From assembly GCA_963669175.1 (NCBI GenBank), contig OY769902.1:2976001-3040000 (forward strand): DNA of 64,000 bases. The letters are read 5' to 3'. The stretch comes from a bacterium. GTDB taxonomy: Bacteria; Electryoneota; Electryoneia; Electryoneales; Electryoneaceae. The notes beneath the pieces are model-generated. The model saw nothing but the letters and a program-made list of their open reading frames with translations. It ran no database searches and had not been told where the DNA came from. This document shows, one piece after another, positions 10,475 through 19,648 of the stretch (positions are counted from its first letter, which is position 1; each line of letters starts with the position of its first letter). Position numbers and translations under genes: made by a program.

Positions 10475-11558
10475 TTTCACTATCCTTTTTCAGGTTTTCA
10501 AGAAATTCTTCGCGTTGGGCTTTCAGATCCTCATCCGGTTCACCGAAGACATAATCAAAGGGGGCATCCGGTGTTGTGTCTTCGAATGCTTCAAATTCCC
10601 TGACCGCTTCATCGACCTGCTTCTTGACTTCTTCTTCAAGAGCCTTCTGCTTCCGATCATTCCAGAGTTTCTTGTTTTCAAGGAAATTCCGGTAGCGCAG
10701 GATGGGATCTTTCAGTTCCCACTCGGTCACTTCATCGTTTTTCCGGTAACGGGTCGGATCATCAGCCGTCGTATGTACGCCCATCCGGTACGTCAACGCT
10801 TCAATCAAGGTTGGACCTTCACCGGCCTTGGCACGATCCAGCGCTTCCTTGACCGCCTTGTACACGGCCAGGACATCGTTGCCATCAACCTGTATCCCAG
10901 GCATATCGTAAGCAATCGCGCGCTGGGCCAGGGTTTTGGCGTGAGTCTGCTTGTGGCGTGGAGTGGAAATCGCCCACATGTTGTTCTGCAGGAAGAAAAC
11001 CACCGGCGCCTGCCAGACCGAAGCGAAGTTCAGCGCTTCATGAAAATCGCCTTCAGATGTTGAACCGTCACCGAAGAACGATACTGCCGCCACATCCTTT
11101 TCACCCTTCAGCCGTGAAGCATAAGCAAGCCCGACGGCATGGGGGATCTGGGATGCAAGAACAATCGCGACGGGGAGGGTACGTGAACCTTCCGGGAGGC
11201 TGATGCCTTCTTCGAATCCGTTGTAGTACAGCATCTCACCGGAAAGCTTGGAACCACGCATCAGGCGTGCGCCCAATTCACGATAGGCGCCAACCATCCA
11301 GTCTTTATCCGTCATGGCCATGGTTGCGCCGCAAACTGCGGCTTCCTGACCCTTGTTCACCGGGAGTGTGCCCAGTCGTCCCTGGCGTTGCAGCTTGAGC
11401 ATGCGTTCATCAGCTTCACGTGCCAGGAACATCGCCTTGTACAAATCCGTCAACTGAGTCGAACTCAAGTCAGGCATCAACTTCTCGTCGACCTGACCTT
11501 TCTCGTTGAGGATCTGCATGTATTTAACATCGAATTTGTTAACCGTTTTTAATGGCAT
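10467..11558 (-). CDS. pdhA: 2-oxoacid dehydrogenase E1 alpha subunit
   Basis: GDGSTSEGDF...NN TPP motif, TYRMGVHTTADDP; pyruvate versus branched-chain specificity not resolved. Confidence 0.92.
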   Translation of the reverse strand: MPLKTVNKFDVKYMQILNEKGQVDEKLMPDLSSTQLTDLYKAMFLAREADERMLKLQRQGRLGTLPVNKGQEAAVCGATMAMTDKDWMVGAYRELGARLMRGSKLSGEMLYYNGFEEGISLPEGSRTLPVAIVLASQIPHAVGLAYASRLKGEKDVAAVSFFGDGSTSEGDFHEALNFASVWQAPVVFFLQNNMWAISTPRHKQTHAKTLAQRAIAYDMPGIQVDGNDVLAVYKAVKEALDRAKAGEGPTLIEALTYRMGVHTTADDPTRYRKNDEVTEWELKDPILRYRNFLENKKLWNDRKQKALEEEVKKQVDEAVREFEAFEDTTPDAPFDYVFGEPDEDLKAQREEFLENLKKDSENA

Positions 11559-11889
11559 GTCTATATCCTCTTGGTTGCTAAAAACTGTTTTGAAGTCAGC
11601 TTTCGTAATAGCTTCAGGCGAAAAGATAGGCTCGCCTAAAACTTGGAGTCAATACCATCATTGGCCCGAAAACCCACCTCCGGTACCACACTCACGGGGT
11701 TTGTTTGAGCTAACAATATCTATGGGAAAGCTATATTATTTCCGGGGCTATGTCGATGAAGGGAATTAATGTAGCAGTTCAAAGAGAGCACTCGTACTAC
11801 ACCTCCTGGTGGAGTGCTGCTCTTTTCGGGGGGGATCTCACTAGTCGAGAACAGGAATGAGCAGAACGTGAAAAGCTACGAATAGAGTA

Positions 11890-12051
11890 TTAATCTATCG
11901 GTGTAAACATATCCTTGCCGATACCGCAGATCGGGCACACCCAACCATCCGGCAAGTCCTCAAAAGCTGTTCCGGGCTCGATACCACTATCCGGATCACC
12001 AACCTTGGGGTCGTATACGTAACCGCATACGGTACACTGGTAGTTTTTCAT
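11890..12051 (-). CDS. Rubredoxin (53 aa; below the ORF-track cutoff)
   Basis: Hand translation [53 protein letters not shown]; two CxxCG knuckles. Confidence 0.95.
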   Translation of the reverse strand: MKNYQCTVCGYVYDPKVGDPDSGIEPGTAFEDLPDGWVCPICGIGKDMFTPID

Positions 12052-12136
12052 CTTCTATCCGTTGTTTTACCTTGTTGTTGACAGAACGCTGCGGTGCAGG
12101 AGGTAAGCAGTAGCCACCTCCTGCGAATATGGATCG

Positions 12137-12832
12137 CTAAATCTTCTGGTGTTTCTGAATACGATACCATTCGTTACGACAACGGAAGAACTTCTTTGCG
12201 AAGAACTTGGTCATGGCATCCATATGATCTTCCAGGACTTCAATCATCTCATGTCGGCTTACATTGCCGAGTCGCATGTCGCGATAGGCTGTGGCATTGG
12301 TCTCATTGCCGGCGTACATGGTAATCACATAGTAGTTCACACGGTCCGACATCCGCCAGGTTTTGATTTTAAAATGGATTTTTCCAATCTGCTCGCCACC
12401 CAGTGACATGGGATCCACACCAAGCACTTTGGTCATCTTCGCACGATACTCGGTTTCATCTTCACGATCCCAGCGCTTCAGGTCGATGTAGGGGAAGTTG
12501 CCCGGATCACGTCCAAGATACCTCTCAAACCGTGTTTCGGCGAAATAGTCCAGGTGGTTCATGCTGAAGTTGATACGAGTTGTGTCGCCTTCGAAACTGG
12601 CGGTGAGCTGGTCGAAGTAGGCAACATTGACGAAATCAGGACGGTAGCGATTGTACTCGAACCAGTGGAGCGTATTATCCACAATGATATCAAGCCAGTT
12701 CTCGTTTAACTGAGACTGGGGATCATCTTTCGTGATGTTGGCATAAAACACGGAAAAGCCAACCACAAAAATGATAAACCCTGCCAGGAACTTCAGCAGT
12801 GGTTTGACGTAAGAAGAACTTGGAACAGTCAT
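12137..12832 (-). CDS. Hypothetical protein with N-terminal membrane anchor
   Basis: 231 aa, hydrophobic FLAGFIIFVVGFSVFY segment; GAGG upstream. Confidence 0.7.
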   Translation of the reverse strand: MTVPSSSYVKPLLKFLAGFIIFVVGFSVFYANITKDDPQSQLNENWLDIIVDNTLHWFEYNRYRPDFVNVAYFDQLTASFEGDTTRINFSMNHLDYFAETRFERYLGRDPGNFPYIDLKRWDREDETEYRAKMTKVLGVDPMSLGGEQIGKIHFKIKTWRMSDRVNYYVITMYAGNETNATAYRDMRLGNVSRHEMIEVLEDHMDAMTKFFAKKFFRCRNEWYRIQKHQKI

Positions 12833-13031
12833 CGTGGCCTCACCTGGCTAGTCAGCACGTCTTCGGCCTGTGCCGCGGTTGGTTTTGTCTGGAGGACTGT
12901 ACATCCACCAAAAACACCGTCACCACAAGCGCTGGTCACTATCGTCCGAAACGCAATACCCCAATTTCAACAAGCGACAGAAAATACGTGAACCTACCTC
13001 TTTATGCAATGGGGAGCCGGGAATTCCTTTT

Positions 13032-13219
13032 GGCGAAAAATCTGGTACAGTTTCCTTTTCTCCAAAACTGAATCAACTGTTCCGTATTCGAATAGAAGAA
13101 AAGGAAACAGTCCAATTTTTCGCCCATGTCTCCGCTGAAACGCCATGATTCGCCAGTAAAAATCCATCACCATGTCATCCCGGAAACGCTGTTGTTTAGC
13201 GTTGTCCGGGATCTACTCC
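13032..13219 (+). repeat. REP family A dyad followed about 50 bp later by a family B palindrome
   Basis: GGCGAAAAATCTGGTACAGTTTCCTTTT...AAAAGGAAACAGTCCAATTTTTCGCC then TGTCATCCCGG...CCGGGATCTACTCC; same layout as 6437-6624. Confidence 0.8.
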
Positions 13220-13557
13220 CCTGGATACCTCGCTAGCGCCGGTTCAATGATTTCTGTCTGTTGAAAACGGTTCTCCACCTCATCGTCCAAAGAGAAATAT
13301 TCCAGTCAACAAGAAGTTTAGCTATGCGGATTTATCGTACATGTTAAATAGATCACATTATCAGTAGCAGAAAATTCACATGTAAGTAATTGATATGCAT
13401 GGTTATGGTTTGGGATATTTCGTGTTTATGGGGATGTCTCCCGGGAACTCCTGTATAAAGGTTGCGAACTTCTTACTTCACCAGTATCTTCCCGCCTCGA
13501 ACAGGGAAAAGGTTTCTCTGTTCGGTAACAAATTGGTGTAAATACCGGAGGTTTTCG

Positions 13558-15012
13558 ATGCGCGTAGTACAAGTTGTTTCTGTTGTATCCTTTTTAGTTG
13601 CACTTACCAGTAGTGTTATTGCCCAGGAGTGGACAGAGCATACATTGGGTGGCACTGAACCGAGGTACGTATATGCCGCTGATGTAGATGGCGATGGTGA
13701 CATGGATGTAGCATACGGGTCTCATACCCAACGTTCAATCAACTGGCTGGAGAATGTAGATGGCCAGGGTACTGAATGGGCAGACCACAAGCTGAATACA
13801 CAGTTTAACCTGCCGTATGTCACATCTATTGGTGTTTTTGACTATGATTCTGACGGTGATCAGGATATCTATTTCTCCCGTGACAGCACCTACAGCATCT
13901 TTGTTTACAGGAATGTTGGCGGTGAAGATTCTCTGAATTGGGAATACGCAGTCATCATGGGCTGGCCGGGCCAGTACATTCAGAACCTGACTCATTTTGA
14001 CATTGATGCCGACGGTGATCTGGATTTTGTCGCAGCAGTCAAGGGTGAAAACTATTTCCCGTGGTGGGAAAATGTGAACGGTGATGGTTCCGACTGGGAT
14101 GAATCAAACAGTATCCAGGGTGAGTTCGGTGGTGGTTATGATATCACTTTCGGCGACTACAACCTGGATGGCGCTATTGACGCTGCCGGTACCACTTATA
14201 GCCCTAGTGGCATGGCCTGGTTCTACCATGTCGGCGAATCTTCTTTCGCCGATCACCCGGTGGCAGATCTGGATAACGCTTTCGGAATCGATACCGGCGA
14301 CTTCAATGGCGATGGCCGTCCCGATCTCGTCGTCAGCACACGTGGTACGGATGGCAAAGTGCTCTGGTATGAAAACCAGCCTTCCGGTGACTATAACTAC
14401 CTGGCCTGGACAACCCATGAGGTCTTTAACCTGTCCGAGCATGCCGACTACACTTTCTTTGATGTCGTGACCCTCGACTATGACTTGGATGGCGATCCAG
14501 ATGTGGCTAGTGTGGACATCGACGGTTTCCTGCGTCTTCACGAGAACGAACTGGGCAACGGCACAAGTTGGCCCTCAGGCCATATTGCCGCCGGGTATGT
14601 CAACATGCGTGATATCCAGGTCGTGGATATGAACGGTGATGGCGCTCCTGATCTCTTGACCGCTGGCGAGTTCAACGGCATCAACTGGTACGAGAACCCC
14701 TACGAAAACACGGTTGAAGAAGACGACAACACAGAAACCGCCTTGCCGGAATCGATGCACCTGGTGTCGGTCTATCCGAACCCGTTCAACCCGACCGCCA
14801 CGGTAACCGTGAACGTCGCGCAAGCCGGCAAGCTGACCCTGACTGTCTACAACCAGCTCGGCCAGCAGGTCCAGCAGGTCGTGGACACGGTCGTCCAGCC
14901 CGGCATCCAGCAGTTCACCATCGACGGCCATAACCTGGCGACCGGTGTCTACCTGCTCCGTGCCAATATCAACGGCCAGATCAGCGAGCAGAATATTGTG
15001 CTGATGAAGTAA
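13558..15012 (+). CDS. FG-GAP/VCBS repeat beta-propeller protein with T9SS-type CTD
   Basis: Repeated DxDGDGDxD motifs, signal peptide from ATG 13558 (RBS GGAGG), YPNPFNP CTD. Confidence 0.88.
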   Translation: MRVVQVVSVVSFLVALTSSVIAQEWTEHTLGGTEPRYVYAADVDGDGDMDVAYGSHTQRSINWLENVDGQGTEWADHKLNTQFNLPYVTSIGVFDYDSDGDQDIYFSRDSTYSIFVYRNVGGEDSLNWEYAVIMGWPGQYIQNLTHFDIDADGDLDFVAAVKGENYFPWWENVNGDGSDWDESNSIQGEFGGGYDITFGDYNLDGAIDAAGTTYSPSGMAWFYHVGESSFADHPVADLDNAFGIDTGDFNGDGRPDLVVSTRGTDGKVLWYENQPSGDYNYLAWTTHEVFNLSEHADYTFFDVVTLDYDLDGDPDVASVDIDGFLRLHENELGNGTSWPSGHIAAGYVNMRDIQVVDMNGDGAPDLLTAGEFNGINWYENPYENTVEEDDNTETALPESMHLVSVYPNPFNPTATVTVNVAQAGKLTLTVYNQLGQQVQQVVDTVVQPGIQQFTIDGHNLATGVYLLRANINGQISEQNIVLMK

Positions 15013-15111
15013 GGGGGAGGGCGAAAGGCCAGGTTTTAACTGATCTTCTGGTTAATGCGCAGAATTGATAAGGCCGCTTTTTAACTTCCATTGCAAATAT
15101 GTGGTGATTCA

Positions 15112-15145
15112 AAAACGAGGCTTCCTTTCGAGGGGGTCTCGTTTT
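15112..15145. terminator. Intrinsic terminator
   Basis: AAAACGAGGCTTCCT-TTCG-AGGGGGTCTCGTTTT hairpin. Confidence 0.65.
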
Positions 15146-15356
15146 GTATTAACGAAAGGACTTCCGTGAAAAAATCAGGAAAAGAAATGGGTATATCCAA
15201 TTAGTGATTTGTTCATGTATTAACCTCTTGCCCCATGCCTTCGAACCCCTTAGCTTACGGCAGCCTCTATCCGTACTCTGCGGCATACGGTAACCGGGGC
15301 GATAAAGCCACTTTAGCCATACAAACGTACATTCCTTCATACGGAGGTGAAGCATC

Positions 15357-16265
15357 ATGAAGAAGCGGGACTTTCTCCAGATTACCGATTTTTCCACGGC
15401 GGAGCTGTATGACCTGTTCAAGCTCGCCCATGATCTCAAGAGCGTGACCAATGTGGGCATGTGCCCGACGCCTCTCGCGGGCAAGCAGTTCGGCTGCATT
15501 TTCCACAAGGCCAGCCTGCGGACACGGATCAGTTTTGAGGTCGGCATCAATCAGCTCGGCGGCAACTCGCTGTACATCACCAACAACGAGATCGAGCTGG
15601 GCAAGCGTGAGACCATCCCGGACGCAGCGCGTGTACTGAGCCGTTTCCTGGACGGTATCGTGATCCGCACCTATTCCCACAAGGACATCGAAGAGTTGGC
15701 CGAGTGGGCGAGTGTGCCGGTGATCAACGCATTGACCGATTTTTCCCATCCCTGCCAGGTAATCGGCGACCTGATGACCATCGAGGAGCACCTGGGCACG
15801 TTCGAAGGAATTAACGTGACCTATCTCGGCGATGGCAACAACATGGCGCGTAGCTGGATCAACGCCGCACGTCGCTTGCCGATCAGCCTCCGTATCGGGA
15901 CCACCAGGGAAACCCACCCGGGAGAGTTGGTCGAGATCGCGCAGAAGGAAGGCGCTGATGTGCAGGTCGTGTATGATCCGATCGAGGCGGTACGTGATGC
16001 GGATGTGGTCTACACCGACGTGTTCGCCTCCATGGGCGAGAAGGACAAGGCTGCGGAACGTGAAGCGCTGTTGAAGCAGTTCCAGGTCAACGATGAGCTG
16101 CTGGAGCATGCCAGCCCGGACGCCATCGTGATGCATTGTCTTCCGGCCGAGCGTGGTCGTGAGATCACCGATGAGGTCATGGAAGGCCCGCAGTCGGTCG
16201 TGTTTGATGAAGCGGAAAACCGTCTGCACGCTCAGAAGGCCATTCTCGTAACCCTTTGCGGCTGA
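15357..16265 (+). CDS. argF: Ornithine carbamoyltransferase
   Basis: SLRTR, HPCQ, GDGNN, DVFASMG, HCLP, AENRLH. Confidence 0.93.
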   Translation: MKKRDFLQITDFSTAELYDLFKLAHDLKSVTNVGMCPTPLAGKQFGCIFHKASLRTRISFEVGINQLGGNSLYITNNEIELGKRETIPDAARVLSRFLDGIVIRTYSHKDIEELAEWASVPVINALTDFSHPCQVIGDLMTIEEHLGTFEGINVTYLGDGNNMARSWINAARRLPISLRIGTTRETHPGELVEIAQKEGADVQVVYDPIEAVRDADVVYTDVFASMGEKDKAAEREALLKQFQVNDELLEHASPDAIVMHCLPAERGREITDEVMEGPQSVVFDEAENRLHAQKAILVTLCG

Positions 16266-17527
16266 TGAAAGTTCGAAGCGATATACCCGAAGGGCCGGTT
16301 CCGGCCCTTCGGGCTGTTGATGTTACGATTGTGACCGAGAACGATCAGCATTACGCAGTCGTACACGATCCCTACGGATTCTCGGAAAAACAGCTCGCCT
16401 TCGCTTATGAGCTGCTGCCGTTGCTGACCATGTTTGACGGCAACCACACCTTGCAGCAAATCGCGGATCAGATCGAAGCGGTTGCCGGAGAAGCGGTTCC
16501 GGTGGAAGCCTTGGCCGAAGTGGTCAACCTGCTGGATGATTCCTTTTTCCTGCACAACGATCGATTCCGTGAACATCGCAAGGAAGTGGAAGAAGCGTTC
16601 CGTAAGGACACCGTCCGCAAGTCCAGCATGGCCGGATCCGGTTACCCCGATGATCCGAAATTACTGGGCGAGATGCTCGAGCATTTCATGGCCGCACCCC
16701 CGGCGGAGGATCATGAACCGGACGAAGTGCCTGAAGGTGCGCGGATTCGTGGCATCATGTCCCCGCATATCGACTATGAACGCGGCGGGATGACCTATGG
16801 ACGCACGTATAAGGTGCTGCGCGAGCATTTGCCGGAAGCATCCGAAGGGCCGTTACTGCTGATCGTAATTGGTGTCGGTCATGCCGGAGCGTTGTCGCCG
16901 ATTGTTGTTGCGGACAAGACCTTTCAGACACCACTGGGTGACCTGCCGGTTGATCAGGACGCGATTCGGCTTATCCGTGAATGGGTGGGAGATCGTCCGT
17001 TTAATGAATCCTTCATCCATAAAGCGGAGCATTCGGTTGAATTGCAGGCGGTCTGGCTGAAGCACCTGCTGGCGGGACGCGAAATCACCATGCTGCCCAT
17101 CCTGGCTGGGATTTTACCGTTGAACGAGAACGGTACCCCGGAAGGTGTGGAGGAGCTGGAAAAGGTGATGGATGCACTGTTCGAGATCGAACGCCGCCAC
17201 GAAGGCCCGGTGCTGTGGGTTGGGGGAGTTGATTGCTCCCATGTCGGCCCGAGATTCGGCGACCAGGAACCGGTTGATGATACCCTGACCGCAGATGTGT
17301 TGAAGCGTGATATGGCCGCCCTGGAACAGGTCAGGAATGTGGACGCGGAAGAGTGGTGGCACTCGCTGATGGATGAGGATAATCCAACACGTGTCTGCGG
17401 TCTGAACGCCATGTACCTGCTGCTGAAAGGGATGCAGGGCGCGCAGGGGTATATCATCGATTATGACCAGGCGGTATCGGAAGACCGTATGCAGATGGTA
17501 AGCTTTGCCGGTGGAGTATTTTGTTGA
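16265..17527 (+). CDS. amrB: AmmeMemoRadiSam system protein B (MEMO1 family) with N-terminal extension
   Basis: AGSGYP, SPHIDY, EHSVELQ, DCSHVGPRFGD, VCG; TGATG coupling to argF. Confidence 0.85.
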   Translation: MKVRSDIPEGPVPALRAVDVTIVTENDQHYAVVHDPYGFSEKQLAFAYELLPLLTMFDGNHTLQQIADQIEAVAGEAVPVEALAEVVNLLDDSFFLHNDRFREHRKEVEEAFRKDTVRKSSMAGSGYPDDPKLLGEMLEHFMAAPPAEDHEPDEVPEGARIRGIMSPHIDYERGGMTYGRTYKVLREHLPEASEGPLLLIVIGVGHAGALSPIVVADKTFQTPLGDLPVDQDAIRLIREWVGDRPFNESFIHKAEHSVELQAVWLKHLLAGREITMLPILAGILPLNENGTPEGVEELEKVMDALFEIERRHEGPVLWVGGVDCSHVGPRFGDQEPVDDTLTADVLKRDMAALEQVRNVDAEEWWHSLMDEDNPTRVCGLNAMYLLLKGMQGAQGYIIDYDQAVSEDRMQMVSFAGGVFC

Positions 17528-17549
17528 AGGAATAGAGATTTTTCAGAAT

Positions 17550-17627
17550 AAGGGGACTGACTCCTTTTCCCTGTACAAAAAAGGTAATTTGCTGAACAGT
17601 TTACAGGAAAAGGTGTCTGTCCCCTTT
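17550..17627. repeat. REP family A dyad
   Basis: AAGGGGACTGACTCCTTTTCC ... GGAAAAGGTGTCTGTCCCCTTT inverted pair. Confidence 0.75.
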
Positions 17628-17720
17628 TTCCACTCTTCAGGTCGGATACTTTCATTCCTTGACTGCCCTCCACAGTCCCTCTATATTGCCCTGCAACTTG
17701 CGATTAAAGGGATCGTTTCC

Positions 17721-18806
17721 ATGTCATCCGTACAACCTGTTTTTATCTTCGGCTATGCCCATTCCGGCACAACCCTGTTGCAGAATATGTTCAAACAGCA
17801 TGGGGATGTGTTGATCGGGATGAGTGAGACGTATTTTTATGAATTTCCCTACCTGTACATGGATGACTACCCGGAACTGGATACGGATGAAGCTATCGAT
17901 GGCATGATCCGATTCTGTGCCAACCTGATGCTGAAGGGATATTGGCGTCTCTACGCCCACAAGACAGAACAACCTGCCCCTGACATCGTATCCACAGATG
18001 ATTTAAATGCGATCAAGGCAACTCTGGGGTCACATCCGACTCACGCTGAAATTTTCCATCGTACCCTGGACCAACTGGCAGTACGTGAAGGGCTGGGGTT
18101 CTGGGTGGAAAAAACACCCGGCCATACCAATCATGCCCAACGTATCCTGACGGACAATCCCGGCGCGAAAGCGATTGCGCTGGTTAGGAATCCGAAGGAT
18201 ATCCTCAGCTCGAAAAAGCTGCGTGAAAAACGGGTGCATGATAAGATTCAGAGCGGTGAGGCTACATATCAGGATAAGAATAATCGTGGGATGATCGAGT
18301 ATGATCCGTTCTGGACAAGTCTTGCATGGCGTGCTGCTGCAAGGGCGATCCTGGATGCAGAAAATGCTTACCCGGACCGTATCTTGACCATTCGCTATGA
18401 GGATATTGTTCAGGATGCAGAAGGTCAATTGAAAACAATATGTAATTTCCTTGGGCTGGAATACCGGGATACGATGCTGCAGGTAGACCGTTATAACGTA
18501 GCGACATGGGGCAAAGAGGACCGTAACCAGTCGGCGGGCGTGGTAAAGGATTCTGTGGAACGTTGGCGGACAAGCCTGTCAACCGGCGAGGCGGCGCTGG
18601 CGGATCGCCTGTTGTTCAACGAGTTGAAGCGATTCGAGTACCCGGTGGATGTACTGAACCAACGGCAGCGATTTGCCAGTGTATTCACCCTGATCGGCAG
18701 TGTTCCCAACCTGGGACGTCGTATGGTTAATAAACTTCGTTTCCAGGGCGCGAAACATGCGATGGCGACGGGGAAGAATTACCTGTCACGGCTAGTGAGG
18801 AAGTGA
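17721..18806 (+). CDS. Sulfotransferase family protein
   Basis: GYAHSGTTLL PAPS loop, EKTP, RNPKD, RYEDIV; probable start ATG 17721. Confidence 0.88.
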   Translation: MSSVQPVFIFGYAHSGTTLLQNMFKQHGDVLIGMSETYFYEFPYLYMDDYPELDTDEAIDGMIRFCANLMLKGYWRLYAHKTEQPAPDIVSTDDLNAIKATLGSHPTHAEIFHRTLDQLAVREGLGFWVEKTPGHTNHAQRILTDNPGAKAIALVRNPKDILSSKKLREKRVHDKIQSGEATYQDKNNRGMIEYDPFWTSLAWRAAARAILDAENAYPDRILTIRYEDIVQDAEGQLKTICNFLGLEYRDTMLQVDRYNVATWGKEDRNQSAGVVKDSVERWRTSLSTGEAALADRLLFNELKRFEYPVDVLNQRQRFASVFTLIGSVPNLGRRMVNKLRFQGAKHAMATGKNYLSRLVRK

Positions 18807-18841
18807 TCTATGTGCTACTCGCGAAAGGAATGTCCCATTCG

Positions 18842-18942
18842 GTCATCCCCAGCGAAGCAGACTGTATCAGAATAGCGGAGGTATTCATGGGGACGAAAGT
18901 GTAGTCTATTCTGAGACAATCTGGAAGGCGGGGATCTACTCC
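18842..18942 (+). repeat. REP family B element with nested inverted repeat
   Basis: GTCATCCC...GGGATCTACTCC enclosing CAGACTGTATCAGAATAG / CTATTCTGAGACAATCTG (16/18 paired). Confidence 0.6.
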
Positions 18943-19186
18943 GCAGGCCGTCTTTACCTGTGATTGTATAAGAAGGAACTGCTGATATAGCGATTCCCAT
19001 TATGAATCCGTCATATGGTCATGTGCCAGCTCAGCGAAAGGTCAACTATATAGTTGAAATAAAGGATATGGAAAAAGGGGACTGCCTCCTTTCCCTAGGG
19101 TAAAGCCTTCCCGGCGTGAGCATGGACCGGGAAAGGTGGCTGTACCCTTTTTCTTGAGAGCAGGCAGGAAGTACACGGAAAAGGGG

Positions 19187-19297
19187 ACGGGTGGATGCAA
19201 CCATGCCCTGGTCAACTATCTTACCTGCCGACGTTTGAATACAATACGCAATCTTCTTCTTGTGTACGTCCAGACCGATGTAGTATACTGCCTGCAT
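19187..19297 (-). pseudogene. IS110 (DEDD) transposase N-terminal remnant, 37 codons
   Basis: MQAVYYIGLDVHKKKIAYCIQTSAGKIVDQGMVASTR; IGLDVHK motif; RBS GAGGAGG. Confidence 0.85.
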
Positions 19298-19409
19298 GCC
19301 AACCTCCTCGTGTAAGTACTACGGGTAACCTCGTGTTACGCCTTTAACACAAGTTAGCCCGACATGTGTGCTGCGTCGAGGTTGGCTGCTTCTACTTATG
19401 CATTATAAC
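19189..19409 (-). mobile_element. IS110-family left end plus truncated transposase (221-bp insertion)
   Basis: Absent from the homologous site at 37472; AC duplicated at both junctions; TATAAT abuts the core on the minus strand. Confidence 0.85.
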
Positions 19410-19648
19410 AGTTTCCTTTTCCAGAAATACTTCAGGAATATTCTGCATAAGCGCGAGGAAAAGGATCCCGTCCCCTTTTCCCGGCAATCTCCATTATGAC
19501 GGAACAAAATCGAGAACTGCTGATATATCAAGAATCATGTATTCGGAAACGTATGAATGATTTCTTGTATTTAAACACACAGGTCAAATAACTAATGAAT
19601 GTTCTCGCAATACTATCTCTTTAGGACCACACCAACCAGGGAGGCAGC

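Larger units (their letters stand above)
19007..19503. mobile_element. MITE/REPIN-like 4-REP cassette (about 276 bp) interrupted by an IS110 fragment
   Basis: Colinear with 37292-37568; terminal TCCGTCAT/ATGACGGA inverted repeats. Confidence 0.75.

Noticed and set aside
15250-15320. Hairpin region upstream of argF as a riboswitch
   Set aside because: Short stems only; no conserved motif of a known class recognised; needs an Rfam/Infernal scan
19298-19407. Complete bridge RNA with target guides
   Set aside because: Only about 110 nt and no segments matching GGAAACTGT or the reverse complement of GTCCCCT were found
18976-19527. 14-bp direct repeat GAACTGCTGATATA as a target-site duplication
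   Set aside because: A similar sequence follows the other cassette copy without a left partner, and homology extends beyond the inverted ends, so boundaries are ambiguous
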